A stretch of 64,000 nt of DNA from Albugo candida (Eukaryota). Numbering within the stretch: position 1 is the stretch's first letter; every line of letters begins with the position of its first letter. Of this stretch, positions 47,600 through 61,284 are shown piece after piece. Made by a program: the position numbers and the translations under genes. The stretch spans positions 62,001 to 126,000 of the forward strand of contig JBDOQK010000035.1 in NCBI GenBank assembly GCA_040437565.1, read 5' to 3'. A model generated the notes under the pieces. It made no database searches. It had not been told where the DNA came from and saw nothing but the letters and a program-made list of their open reading frames with translations.

Positions 47600-48664
47600 T
47601 GATGACCAAAATAACCGAAACTCACGTGAAAGGCTTAAGCTCTCTTCATGAGATAGTATTCGATTTGTAGGTAGACGGTGATTCCTTTGAATACAACTCA
47701 GCATCCTGGTATCAAGTGCGCCACGGTGCACACTTCTGCTTCCCAGCCAGCCTTCACTTTCTCGAAGTATTCACTGGCTATCCAGGTACCGGTTTAATGT
47801 CATCAACTTGAATTCTTCCGGCCAATCGCCCCCACAGAAAACTTGTGCCGCAGCCAGTTCATCCAGAATCTGCAAACCCAATCCTTGATGCCCGATAGTA
47901 GCCCCCGATACTCTTCCTTGACCGTAAAACGCTCAATTGGTAGCATCATGTCCTTAGTGCTTGGGATCTTGTGTCCGTAATTCTATGGTAGACGAAATTC
48001 TTCCTCAACCGCCGGACCTGCATTGGTGAAAAGAATTGTTCCGAGGCTCACCATTGCAGTGACGGTGCCAACAACGGTGATGAGTAGTTCTCCGGTGCGA
48101 TCCCTAGCTCTCCAACCGAGCCAGCTCATTCTCTACTTTCACTCGCCGCCAAGAACTGATCTAAAAACGCTTTCTCCAGTTGTCATGTGGACGTTGGAGT
48201 CAGCGATAGGCTGCTTGGTATGATCATTTCGTTCCTGCCCCAGGTCGCGAATCAAACTTCCAATGAGTACTTAGAATATGTACAATCGGTCTCTCTCGTG
48301 TTCAGAGGTACCACTCTCTCTCTTTCGAAGCTAATCCCGCCTTCGCTCGCTCCTGCGCTGAACTGAGCTATAGTCAGCAGAATTAGTAGCGTCTGCGGCA
48401 TCGTGGGTATTTTTGTGGAGTCGCTGGGATCATAAGCTTTTAGCTTGTAGTGCGCCGGAAAAGGTAGATGTAGAACTAAGAGTTTTATTGAATGATGTTA
48501 CCCTGTCCGATCATACTCGGACGTTACCTACGACGCTCTTATGCACGAAGCCAGCAGTCATTGCACTCCAGCATTAACAGTGTCCCAAGAGTTGGGTCGT
48601 CTCTTCAACAATTATAACTCGACGCTAAGCTTGCTATTTCTATACGGGACGTCACGTTAAAACA
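47600..48664 (-). mobile_element. Truncated LTR retrotransposon (putative 5' LTR plus gag remnant)
   Basis: Minus-strand remnant MLPIERFTVKEEYRGLLSGIKDW..WPEEFKLMTLNRYL resembles oomycete LTR gag. The element appears to begin with TG at 48664, right where effector-like copy B is cut. Confidence 0.55.
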
Positions 48665-49126
48665 TTTGTCCCAAAGGGAAGCGTTTCTAGGCTTCTTCGT
48701 AGCAAGCATAAAGAATTGTAATAACAAGTAACTTTTATGCATCAATCAACCATCTTAACCAGGATAGTGCTTACAGATAGCCTTTGATGAATATACCACG
48801 ATAGAACGTCTCTTCGGGTAAGCTATAGAAAGTTTCCATAAGCATGAACAGCTAACAGTGACGTGGAATAATAGGTGGGAACAATAATGAGGATGATCAT
48901 TGCTTAATCGGTACAAAGGTCCTGAATTGGAAAAAAATAGCAAAACTCGCGCGAATGCTGAACAAACATAACGCAGAGATAAAAGTATGACCAAGTGAAA
49001 CCACTTCGCTACATACCCAACTGTGATATCTAAGCAGTATTCAGGAGCAGAGAAGCTAAAGGTCAAGGCACGGCAACGGAAGTCAGAAGGAGCGAAGAGT
49101 GCTACTCGGAAGCTGTTGGAATGCAT
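48665..49126 (-). pseudogene. Secreted-protein pseudogene, copy B (5' half)
   Basis: MHSNSFRVALFA..; nucleotide similarity to 43185-43637. Confidence 0.55.
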
Positions 49127-49164
49127 CCCTCATAATTTCTCAGACTTTAGCTGTTTCAATGAAT

Positions 49165-49567
49165 ATTGAAAAACTCTAGTCTTCCTTTACAGCTTTTGCA
49201 TAGTTTGGTGCACTTTAGTCAATTAATTTGAGATGGCTCGTGGTTTTTGGTGCTCCACTTGCTAGAGCGCGGATACATGATGAAAGTATACTTAATGATG
49301 CTACGGAAGGGTAAGAATGGCAATATAGTGGTTCCAACGTTACAAAGCTTTCAAATCTAAGCAGCTGTTATGCTGGCAAGGAAGATGAATCGCGATCAAA
49401 TCCATCGAAATATTGTACACCGTTTCAAATTGCCAGACTCGAATTAGCCTTCTTATACCCTAAATCCTGCAAATACATGATGTGTGATACTTGCCTCCGG
49501 TCACGCTCAATGAAGTCGATAAGCTGATCATCTAAATTACCAAAGACTTCCTTCTGGAGATGTATTT
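49165..49567 (+). pseudogene. POLD1: Second POLD1 pseudogene fragment
   Basis: Aligns with 40393-40720 and retains a degenerate region II (IARLELAFLYP, cf. IATLDFASLYPS). Confidence 0.75.
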
Positions 49568-49569
49568 GA

Positions 49570-49915
49570 CAGAGAGGAAAAAACGTTTCGCTTATAGATT
49601 CTTCCTTCTCATCTCGTTTATTGCGACACTTCTCATAACAGGAATAGAACGAACGCTCGATGGATATGGTAAACGTTTCTAACTTGATATGTCTAGCGGC
49701 TCGAAGTATCTCAGCTGAACCACTGTTCCTTCTCTTCACCCGTTCCGCCTTTAAGTCACCTCATTTCATAACTGATGACAAATTAACGACCATACAATAA
49801 TCTCAAGATTGCGTGATTGATTAGAGCTATTACGTGGCCACATTGGACTCCAGGACGTCAATTATTCGAAAATGTCGATGTCAAGCCCTTGTCCGAGAGG
49901 AAACGTCTCTAGGAC
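49570..49915 (-). pseudogene. Internal fragment of the secreted-protein family (copy D); duplicated at ~50166-50511 by assembly overlap
   Basis: Similar to 42880-43210 and 57200-57580. Confidence 0.55.
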
Positions 49916-50510
49916 TTAAGATGGGATTAACTTCATCGCAGCATTATCCTTAGTCTTCTCGAGAAACACTCGGNNNNNNNNNNNNNNNNNNNNNNNNNNN
50001 NNNNNNNNNNNNNNNNNNNNNNNNNNNNNNNNNNNNNNNNNNNNNNNNNNNNNNNNNNNNNNNNNNNNNNNNNGATGTGTGATACTTGCCTCCGGTCACG
50101 CTCAATGAAGTCGATAAGCTGATCATCTAAATTACCAAAGACTTCCTTCTGGAGATGTATTTGACAGAGAGGAAAAAACGTTTCGCTTATAGATTCTTCC
50201 TTCTCATCTCGTTTATTGCGACACTTCTCATAACAGGAATAGAACGAACGCTCGATGGATATGGTAAACGTTTCTAACTTGATATGTCTAGCGGCTCGAA
50301 GTATCTCAGCTGAACCACTGTTCCTTCTCTTCACCCGTTCCGCCTTTAAGTCACCTCATTTCATAACTGATGACAAATTAACGACCATACAATAATCTCA
50401 AGATTGCGTGATTGATTAGAGCTATTACGTGGCCACATTGGACTCCAGGACGTCAATTATTCGAAAATGTCGATGTCAAGCCCTTGTCCGAGAGGAAACG
50501 TCTCTAGGAC

Positions 50511-52400
50511 TTAAGATGGGATTAACTTCATCGCAGCATTATCCTTAGTCTTCTCGAGAAACACTCGGCAATATTTTGACCGATGATCAATAAATTTGAT
50601 CAAATACTTATTTCCTAGTCGATCATGTGAATTCATGGGGTCTTTAGGGTCGAAGAGGACGCAATCGATCACATCGATGGTCGAATTCAAGCTGCTGTTC
50701 TTTAGTGAATGTACGTTTATCGTCTGCTTGCCTTTTGCACGTAGCAAGCAGTTAATTCGCCTAAAAGCAGTCAGTCTAACACCAGAGGCAGAAAGCCGGG
50801 CCATCTTGATGATTGTGTCATTACACATATGACCCATACGTTGTTGGAACGGTAATAAGATCCCATGATGAACACCCAAGTTATGTCCATGTTCATTACC
50901 ATTTACGATTGTCACAATCACCGCCTTTTGTGAGCCAAATCCGCGAAAATCGTCAGTCAAAATACCATCGTGAACTGAAATAATTAACACCTTGTTGATA
51001 CGGTCAACTTCCATGATGGGTGCACCGTCAGGATTAATGATGTGCTCCCCAAATTGAATGCGTAATGAACATCGAGAAGTCGGATGATCTTTACAATACC
51101 ATGTGCTTTACCCGGATCATCACACTTACTGGTTTGGAGATCTTTAAGGGTCGTCCATAAGAGGCTGCGGTGAAACATTTTACATGTAATGCGACCGTAC
51201 CGTAGAGAAGATTCAAGTCATTGACCAAATGTTGTCCTAAGACGCTGCCCAAAACCCATTTGCTGGTTGAGCCGGACCGACCATCGCTCACAGAGATAAT
51301 GAAATCTTAATCTTGTCGTTTCTTGCCTTTTTTCTGGCAAACTGCCTTGAGGTGGGATATTTTTCCACATTTATAGCACCTTTTCAAAACGGAATTATCA
51401 GGACGTTTCTTGACCTTTTCGAACTAACTTCTTTCCTTCTTTGGCTCGACGAGGTTTACTATGTCTATACAGAAATATTTGAATCGAATGTCGAGCTACG
51501 TCGATTGTGGAAATTGAACAAGCTCTTCAGCCGGTCGTAGGTAGAAGACCCTATGCACGTCCGGACAGAACAACATCGTCGTGCGGATGGCTGTATCAGC
51601 ACAGCGGACAATGTTGTCTAAGACAAGACTTTCGGTGCCTCTGCACGCGTCACTTCCAGCTTTAATATACAAGAAATGGTCCGCCCTGCTACGCTGCGAT
51701 GATTTGAGCGCAATAACCAGCTTTATGCTCTGGGCAGGTGTTGTCTTGGTACTGGAAATCAGGAGAAACCTTTCATAGCATGCTTCAAGGTTTGATTCTC
51801 ATACTACTACGCTTCCACCTGCCGATGATAATAATTCTGTGCAATGCCTGCAAGGTGCTGACCAACAACACCAGCTTTTACGTATTCAGGCCAGATAAAA
51901 CCAAAGGCACGCTCGGAGAAGACAAACTCTTTTTCCCATTTAAAGAGCTCACTAACAGGTCCATGGTAGAGTGGTAGAGTTCCTTTCCGTCGAAAGGTAT
52001 AAGCGCAATTTTCGTTCGCGAACATTTGGTACATCTCCGGATATCTGAGCAGGTTGTTAATGATCAGAATCTGGTACACGCACATCTGGGTACACTCCTG
52101 CAGGTGCAGCCTGGCAGTGAAATCCAGGGCCAGGTCTCTGACCCGTCCTATGGCTCCCATTCCCCTGAGCCGGTGGGGCAACTAGATACCCAGATTAGGC
52201 TAATCGTCGTGCACCAAAGAAGATGCCCGGCGAGACATTTATCGAATGCTTGGGAGGAGAGTAATGCTCCAAGCTCCGAAGGTTCATACCTGCCCCTGTT
52301 TCTAAAACCAAACTAAACGGTTCTTGAATCCACAAATTTCTTGCTGTGTCGGTTGACTTGTCTAGTCTGTGAGAATTTCATTCTACACATCTGCTCCGAG
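50511..52400 (-). mobile_element. Degenerate Ty1/Copia retrotransposon (gag, zinc knuckle, protease, GAG-pre-integrase, integrase start)
   Basis: Order on the minus strand: FDGKELY..WPEYVKAGVVGQHLAG, CYKCGK..HLKAVC, WVLGSVLGQHLVND, FQQRMGHMCNDTIIKMA and DRLGNKYLIKFIDHRSKYCRVF. Confidence 0.85.
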
Positions 52401-53349
52401 AAGTCACCAAGCATAACGAGCACCTTGCCAAGTGCCGCCACGGGCACTGCCGACTTTTCTTCCAGTTATTGGTCGTTTCCGGACCATCGACCACCAAAGC
52501 GAGTGTAGCTTGTTGAGCTGCGCCGCCAAAAGGTCTTTTTGGGATCATAACGTATTGAATCTGTAAAATTTGAACTTGTTGCAATAGAGGTAGAAGTGAA
52601 AGTAAAATATATTTATCATCAAACTTGCTTATCAACACTACAACATGCATGTGCAACGGCACTTCAATCTTGAATATGTCACATTTCACATGACGTCCGT
52701 CTGGTCCCACGTGGTGACCGTCTTTGTTCGTCTCATATGTCATGTTACCACCATACAGCTGTTCAGGTGAGGTCGGACATTACCTGTAATGGGTCTTGTA
52801 GTTGAGATTCAAGCCCCTGACAACCTGTACACTTGGTCTCACATTTACACTATTCCACGAATGGATGGATTCCTACTGAAGTTAGCATGCGGCATTAGAT
52901 GTAGGGTGTATGTAAAGTGTACAGCTTGTTATTGGGGCTACAATTCGAATGGATCAAAACCGGCCTTCTGAAATATTCCAATTATATGAAGAACTCGTTA
53001 TGGTCACTTGCTGTCCATCCAGGTGTTTCATGGAGTAGAAAATTCGTAATCATTTCAGCAATTCACAGGAAAAATACATCCTAATTGGCATGTATTTATC
53101 ACGCAATTAATATTTAATGCCAGATTGGAGAGTACAGGTAAAGGTGTCTGTATTACTAGAGTTAGCCTGCCTTCTCTGGTTGCCTAGGCTATCTTGAAAA
53201 AACAAATATACATGGAAAAATGTTTCGTGCTGAGAGATAATACTATGTCTTCTCATTGTTACTCTTGCACTGCTGTAGCCTCAGCACCTTAATACGAGAC
53301 TGTGCCCAGCTGTAAATGCTGTAGAGCTGTAAAGATGTAAAGTTGCAAA

Positions 53350-54350
53350 TTGCCCAAAAGTACCGTTTTCAAATTTGTGCTCGCCACACTAGCTTTAACG
53401 TAGCCATCCAACTAGGACTAGGATCCGAGTTGCACATTTTTACCTGCCCGTAGCCTACCCGTTGTAAAAACGCAATGATCCTTGTGTTGGAGTTGATCCA
53501 GCACCTTTGCAAGCCGAATGCGACTGTCTTGGTCGTAATACTGTCTTCGATTGTACCGAACGTGCACACTAGACGTGGTTTAGATCACGGAAAGTGCTGA
53601 AATTGGTGGAATTGCTAATTGCTGATCAAAAAGACGAGGATTCCGATCGGTCCAGACGATGGGCCACGTCACCGCTTGCAATGCAAGCCATAAATCTGAT
53701 ATAACTTACTGATAGTCCTTCCATGTCGGCCGTACTGTTGGCACAATTGCACATGCAATATGCGGCCAACATGGTTGAGAGGAGAAATACTGATCCCAAC
53801 TAAGGAGTAGCTCCCTCCATAATTGTGCCGTGTGATCGCACTTTAGAAAGAGATGCTACTCGGATTCCACTGCCCCACACGAAGGCTGCGTGCACAATAT
53901 AATGTCGGGTTGAATATCCTTCGAGAATCAGAAATGAGATCGAAATGGAAACACCCTAAAGGCCAGACGAAACTGTATATCTTTGAAAATGGGTAATACA
54001 AGTTTCCGATCATGCCGTGATGTAGCGATTAATGTGCCAACTCGTTCTGAATCCAGTGAATCTGATCGCTACCGTGATGACCAATATGTCAATATCAGAT
54101 GACTTTAGCTCGTTTCGGGAGATTTCTAGACGATTCTCGAGAGTTGACCGAGTGGAACATAAAATAATGCGTTCTCTCCTTACTTTACTCTTATATAAAA
54201 CGATCTGCGACATGTTTTTGGTTGGATCCAAGTGATGAGACCAATTGCCGAGTGTATACGCTGTAATAACATTCTTTGCTGAGTAAGTGGACGTGTTTCG
54301 AATCTTTTTTTGTATTTTGCGAACAAGCCCAAATCTATTTAACATCGATT
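53350..54350 (-). mobile_element. LINE (non-LTR) ORF2 C-terminal remnant
   Basis: The minus strand near 53810-53900 reads LCTQPSCGAVESE*HLFLKCDHTAQLWREL, a zf-RVT-like CCHC motif. Boundaries approximate. Confidence 0.6.
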
Positions 54351-54389
54351 GCCACTGTCGAATAGTCTCTGCCGGTATGTACACGTGCA

Positions 54390-54618
54390 TTGTGTAATAC
54401 CACAGACCTGATTGAATCATCGTCTGCGCGACCAGTGGTCGAGCACGTAAAACGCTTGTTGGAATTCAAGAAAATACTCGCTTGGGTCGATGTCTGGGCA
54501 AACGGAATAACCCAATACTTAACCAAGTCCTTGAGCCCCATTATGGTCAAATTGGGAGTACGTGGATGCGGCATGGACCGATTCAACGAGAGCAAAGATG
54601 ATTTGTTCGAGCTGGGTT
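54390..54618 (+). mobile_element. Possible Ty3/Gypsy RT-connection fragment
   Basis: VKRLLEFKKILAWVDVWANG..YLTKSLSPIMVKL..RFNESKDDL weakly resembles the RT thumb/connection region. Confidence 0.3.
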
Positions 54619-54799
54619 NNNNNNNNNNNNNNNNNNNNNNNNNNNNNNNNNNNNNNNNNNNNNNNNNNNNNNNNNNNNNNNNNNNNNNNNNNNNNNNNNN
54701 NNNNNNNNNNNNNNNNNNGCAATAAGGATCACGTTGACCGAAACGATGTCCTTCCGTTGAAATGATAGCATTTTATCACCTTACTGCGTAGAGCCGTTT

Positions 54800-55750
54800 G
54801 TCATAAACGGTTGTTTAATTACTTAATCAACTCGAAACAAGCTGAGGTCATGTCGAAGAACCAAAATAGACTCTCCAAGTAGACATCACTACTTATTTAG
54901 TTGCAACCGTCTAACGAAATGTGTCATACACCACCTGCAACACTAGTTTGTGAGGCGAGCGGAGGTTGTTCCGTTCTTTCTCGTCGACTACCCCAGAGAG
55001 ATCGAGGAAGTATTTTGTTTCAAGAGTATCCAACTTCCGAAAAAAATGCTTGTCCGCAAGGACAGTCACTGGATGGCATTCCAGCTGTTGAAGGGCTTCT
55101 GTCGTGGTGAGCTTTACCCTGATGCTCCCATCGTAGGCATTTTGGACACCTGAGCTTTTCATCTACTCTCCAGTAAGCTTTCAGAAATCGGATTGCCAAG
55201 GTCTCTCATTAGGGAAGTCAGCATTTTCCCATTTGGAGTACGTGTCAAGGACTGGCCCGTCTTCACTTCCATTAGGAAGGTGGCTCTCCGGGTTTGAAAA
55301 GGTCTTGCTGCTTCCAATTTGGCAGCTAAGAACGACCACTCTGGATGCTCTCCATTGGCATTCCATTTCATTATAGCCTTGATATGGGAGTCTTTCGGCC
55401 TTGAAAGCTCCACGCAAAATTGCGCTCGATTTCTACCAGTGTCCTTACGCTAGGACTCTTCCTGTGACTAAGTAAGCTCAGCAAAGAGGGACGTGTCTTG
55501 TCGTCCGCACTTGCCTTTTCTCTGGGTCTCCCTGTGGCAGGCAGTGATGGTACCACATGTACCCCCGATATTACGCTGTACCGTCACACTGGGGGTGGAG
55601 GCACATTCACAGTTATCACAGAGGGGTGATCTCTCATCAACAATCATACAATAACTAAAAACCAGGTGACTCACGAGGGTTGCCACGTCACTACAAGTGA
55701 ACGGTAACAGTCTGGGTTGTGCTGATATGTCGATTTGAGTCATTGTTTTG
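54800..55750 (-). mobile_element. Possible LINE ORF1 remnant
   Basis: Fragmented minus-strand ORFs (GSIRVKLTT..KYFLDLSGV) upstream of, and co-oriented with, the LINE ORF2 remnant. Confidence 0.3.
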
Positions 55751-55837
55751 AAGAGGAAAAAGTTGTTTTTCGAGTTGTTTGTACTAAATTGGCGGGTTAC
55801 GTAGTAGAGGGTAAATTGAGAGGTCTCTCACGTTTAC

Positions 55838-58295
55838 TTCAGCTATTGGATCACTCACTCAGTTATCCCTTCCGACTCCAAGCTTGAATCGATTTAGGCT
55901 CTTCTTTAAGTATTGCGTTTCTCAAGATATTTGTATGTACGAGTTAGGGAGGAAAAGCTACAATATAGCCTTATTCTAATTTGTATATCCAGTTCTATTC
56001 TTGCTGGCAGTATCTTCAAAAAGAAGCATTGTGTATAGAAGCTTTCCAAGTGTCCGGATAGTACCATTCGGCCAAATTAACCAGAGCTAATTTTCACTGC
56101 ACCGCTTGTTTCTGGTGGTTTGATGTCTTGATCGTGTATGATTCTATGCTTCAGGCGACTATGGTGCAATATGGGGAGCAATACCGTATCGGCCATGCCT
56201 TTCTGTGAAGACATTTTTTTGTGTCACAACATGTTTAGCCTCTCAGTTTTATCTTGATAGAGACTGGATCACTCTCTCACAACTCGGCTGATAGTTTGTG
56301 TCGGTAAGTAATGTCACCTATTTGCCTTTGGCTGTTACCAAAGTTCTCTCATTCAGCAATCTCAATTAGGATGAATACCAGACCAAAGTTGATTCCTTGA
56401 AAGATTCTTCATTGCCGACGAGATACACGACAAGATGGTCTTGGATGATGTTGATGATGTGTAAAATGACGCAAAATAAAGAAAGGACCACGGCGACGAC
56501 ATGCAAGATCGATAACCGTCTGGATTCTTCGGCAACAGATGAGCCTGAGACGTTGGAGTAAACAAGGCCTGTGCTTGAGTAGATCGCAAGGTAAGTATGC
56601 GCAAGAATTATTTGAAGACAAAATAAACAGGAAGCGAATGTGAGAATGGGCTGATTCCTTTACGATCAATAACAACAGGCCTCGAATGGGTTCCCCCAAA
56701 TGGTTGACGAAAAGGCGTCGTTAAGCAGCGTGCTCCGGACCATATACCAAACTGATTGGCTCAAGCAACTGTGCTTACACATCCTTGTGTCCTTTGAGTC
56801 TATACTTTCCACATTTTTTACGTCTTTATTTATAAATTCGACATAGCAAAAAGCTTTCCTGCTGAAATCCAGAATTCACCTGTACACACTTATTCTAACA
56901 TTGCACTAATGTAATGGCGTAAGAATCACCGAAGAAAACTGAACTATCGTCGTATAAGCGGCTTAACAATTACATAGCGAGAAGCGTGTCATTCACAAAA
57001 TCGCGTGCAACGGTTTTGGCATTTTCAAGTCCTCTTTGAAAGTCTTGATTTCGATAAAGCGGCATTGACTGTCCTTGTTGTGACCTTCTCCGAGCAATGA
57101 TTGTTGTAGTAGCTTTTGGTTGATCGAGTATTCCTTCCTTTGTCTCGTGGCGCACATGACGATGAACGATCGCATTTTTGTAGCTCAAATTGTTTCGACT
57201 ACGGAGAGGAGATAACGTTTATCTTGTACTTCTTCCTCCTCATCTCATTGACTGCGACATTTCTCATAATGCGATATAGAACAGACGCGTAATAGATACG
57301 GTAAACTTTTGTTTCTTGTTCATTCGTCATGTTTTGGGCACTGGGAGGCAAAAATGTCAAGCGGCTAGGAAAGTACCTCAGCTCAACTATTGGATTTTAC
57401 TCACTAGCTGCACCTCTAAGTCCCCTCATTTTAGAAGAGATGACACACAAACGACCATGCAATAATCTCAAATCTGCATGATTGATTAGATCAATATCGT
57501 GGTCGCGGTGCGGCTATAGGACGTCATCTATTCGAAAATGTCGATATAAAGCGTTTGTCCGAAAGAAACGTCTCTAGGAATTTTCAATGAGACAGATGAA
57601 GATTTGCGATATGAAGTAAGTGGTATGCCGCCTCAGGCACCTATTCTTCATTATGAGAGTTTCGCGGTGGCATCACGTCCGTATTATTGGACTGAGGTAT
57701 CCATGAATATGTGACAGCACATGGTATGTTTAGGTAATAAATAAAAGTTTTCGAAGCTTGAACAACTAGAAGCTTTATGTGCTAAGAAGTGAGGACAGTA
57801 ACGATATACAAAGGTCGTGATATTATCGAGAATGAATAAAATTTGGTTGAATGCTGTCTTAAATGTAGCACAAATGTAGACATATGACCATTTGCAACCA
57901 CATCCTCACCTTTTTGTGATACTATGGAAGCATTCAGACACAAATGCGCGGCAAGCTAAAAGGCACGGCAACGAAAGACAGAAGTATCGAAAAGATCATT
58001 ACCCGTGTTTGAATGCACCATCTCCCCGCTACAGTTCTTAAACATTCTACTGTTTCCCTCACACAAGTTTGACGTCTACAATGGAAATATGAAGGCCATA
58101 TCAATTCAAAGAGGTGTAGTAAAAAATTGGTGTGATTTTGCCCATGTGGTCTTGTGACAGAAACTGATAGATTTGAATTGATAGATACAGAGGTTTTGAG
58201 TCTAGTCAGAAGATTAAATGACAAATTGAATCTTGTTTTCTGGCCCAGTTGTAAGGATCTGGAATGAAATAAGTTTTGTGATCTCAAGAGCTGTC
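55838..58295. repeat. Diverged duplicate of 41744-43870, containing secreted-protein pseudogene copy C (56360-58021, minus)
   Basis: Shared anchors TTCAGCTATTGGATCACTCACTCAGTT, CACTGCACCGCTTGTT, GCTAAA(A)GGCACGGCAACGA and TTTGAGTCTAGTCAGAAG. Confidence 0.9.
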
Positions 58296-59545
58296 CTCTG
58301 CGCCAAACATTTTCCGACCAGGATCGAATTCAATACTAACAATGATGACACAGCATAATATGGACTTAATGTGGCATAGGCATTACTATCTTCATCATGT
58401 CCCTAGTGCAATCAAAACATACCTTACTTGCGTCCGTGTGGTTTCTGAATTACGAAGTATGTTATGCGATTCACTTGAATTAGTATGTGTTTGGATTAAG
58501 ATCTTGTAATTGTGCTACGAAAAAGACAGACAATTTGCTTTCGTATAGATGCGCAACAAAACCTCTATTATTCTCACCAACATAACTTTGTGCATAGTAT
58601 TGCACTGACTAAACTTCCAGAGATCGCAGGATAGTAAACATCCTATGGGGTCCGCTCTACTAAATTCACTATGCTTCTAGGCTCAGATTTAATTTGAACA
58701 AGTATCTACAGGATTTCAAAATCTGAGCGTACAAGATATCTCATCTATGAGATGTGCAGCAAGCCAAATGAGCCATTCTATGAATCCCTTTCTTATATTC
58801 CTTACAGAAGACGTTAAAAATGTTGAGCTAGAAGATCACTTCCACTTCACTCCCCTTCCATATCTCATTTCTTTGAAAATTGCACTGGGCTTCGGTACTG
58901 ATCAGAAAGAATCGATTGTTGTCAACCTATTATGCACTGATTCGCTGTAAGGACGTGTCACCATTCGGCTATCAGATATGATCATCATTCGATTTCTATT
59001 CACAAAGACTTGCACAAAGCACAAAAAAGTGATCGGCTTCTTGTCGCGGAGAAGATAAGAAGAGGAATTTGATTTTAAGTATATTCAATGTTTCGCATTT
59101 TTGCCATGACGGTCGAACACCATGATTGAACCATCTGGACTCTTGGACCCAGGTTTTGAGAATGCTTTCATATTATGAAGTCGCGCAATCATAAAACTCC
59201 AATTTTTCCGACGTTGACGACAATTCACTTCCTCTCAATGAAAAAAGTTCTGCATTCTAGATACCTATACTTCGCTCACACATCCTTACCGCACAGAGCC
59301 TTCCGCATATTTTTGAGCTCAACCAAATCATTATACATTAAATTTTTAATAACATCAAACACCGTCATCAGAGATCATAATACCAAGGTCTCACGAAATT
59401 TTGGCTCGTTCTTCGCTGTAACCGGCAGAACCGCAGAGCAAGAAGTTAACATGAGGCGTCCTATAATTCTTGCGGAGTACGCGATCAGTCATATTCTGCA
59501 CGTGTTTGAGTGAGAATCACGCTACTAATATTGATAGGATGGTGA

Positions 59546-59674
59546 TTAAGTAATAAAATTTGATATTACATTTATTTTTTTTGTATAAATTGCATATCCG
59601 AAAATAAAAACCATAGATCTAATATCTTTATTATATTTTATATTTCTTTTTAATAAATATAAAATTTTTTTTTT
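59546..59674 (-). other. AT-rich mitochondrial-like fragment (possibly rps3)
   Basis: Abrupt switch to very high AT content; open frame KKILYLLKRNIKYNKDIRSMVFIFGYAIYTKKINVISNFI. Confidence 0.45.
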
Positions 59675-60372
59675 NNNNNNNNNNNNNNNNNNNNNNNNNN
59701 NNNNNNNNNNNNNNNNNNNNNNNNNNNNNNNNNNNNNNNNNNNNNNNNNNNNNNNNNNNNNNNNNNNNNNNNNNAACGACGTCATCTCAGTGCTGACATT
59801 ATCAAGGAAGCGTGCTGCTTTTCGTACTACAATGTCTCTTCTGCATGTTTGGAGTATGAATAAGCTATAATTTTCAAAGCAGAAAAATGAGCATAGATGG
59901 CATCGTTCGTTTAAATTTGTATTAATATGTTTGCGTTCGAATCATCTCTTCTTCGTTGGTGCGTACCCGAAAATCAAGGAAGACTGTATTGTACGATCTG
60001 ATTTGTATCATTGTGATTAAAGAGCATATCGTCGACTTGCTACTGTTTGATGAGTCCAACGCAAGACGGTCTTACAGCTTGTAGAAAAGATTTTTCCATT
60101 ATGCTGAGGAAGCTNNNNNNNNNNNNNNNNNNNNNNNNNNNNNNNNNNNNNNNNNNNNNNNNNNNNNNNNNNNNNNNNNNNNNNNNNNNNNNNNNNNNNN
60201 NNNNNNNNNNNNNNGATGAGTCCAACGCAAGACGGTCTTACAGCTTGTAGAAAAGATTTTTCCATTATGCTGAGGAAGCTTTAAAAACTAAGGAGCCTGA
60301 ACTACTCCATATTTATAACTAAACGCATCCAAACGATCGTATTTTACATGAGCAAAGACAACCATACACAAG

Positions 60373-60490
60373 TCCCTCACGCTACTTGTTCGCTATCGGT
60401 CTCGCACTTATATTTAGCTTTAGATGGAATTTACCACCTACTTTGCGCTGCATTCCCAAACAACGCGACTCAAAGAAAACGTGTCGTACA
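60373..60490 (-). rRNA. Isolated fragment of nuclear 28S (LSU) rRNA, D1/D2 region
   Basis: The reverse complement contains GAGTCGCGTTGTTTGGGAATGCAGCGCAAAGTAGGTGGTAAATTCCATCTAAAGCTAAATAT..GAGACCGATAGCGAACAAGTAGCGTGAGGGA. Confidence 0.9.
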
Positions 60491-60817
60491 ATAGATTCAC
60501 AAGATCGACAATAGCGGAAAAATAGCAAGCTAACATTAGTTCCAAGCTGAGCAGAAGTTTGGCGGAAAAATACGTGTCCATAATATTCCTGATTTTTTTA
60601 TTTTTTTTAAAATTATTTTTTTTGCAGCTTCGATTTGAAAATTATTTACTAGTAAAAATTGATTCGGCATACAACAGAAAGTGAATAATTGCATACTTCT
60701 AATACAGCTTCATTCATTCTCAAGCATGTCTTCAGTAATTTCAAATGGAACCGACGGCGTTGAAATCTACTTTGATTCTCCAAAAGTATTTTAGTAAATA
60801 CTTTGTGGTTTGACTAA

Positions 60818-61020
<203 letters not shown>

Positions 61021-61212
61021 TTTTTAGAAAAAATAATATTNNNNNNNNNNNNNNNNNNNNNNNNNNNNNNNNNNNNNNNNNNNNNNNNNNNNNNNNNNNN
61101 NNNNNNNNNNNNNNNNNNNNNNNNNNNNNNNNNNNNNNNNAATACAAACTAATAGTAAAAATAATTCTCATTTATTTTTATTATTAAATTCTTTTTTTTT
61201 TTTTTTAATTAA

Positions 61213-61284
61213 GCGAAAGTAACTTAATGGTAGAGTATAATCTTGCCAAGATTAATGTTGAGGGTTCAAATCCCTTCTTTCGCT
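61213..61284 (+). tRNA. trnG: tRNA-Gly(GCC), mitochondrial type (NUMT)
   Basis: Acceptor stem GCGAAAG/CTTTCGC, anticodon arm TAATC-TTGCCAA-GATTA and T-arm GAGGG-TTCAAAT-CCCTT, in an AT-rich flank. Confidence 0.88.
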
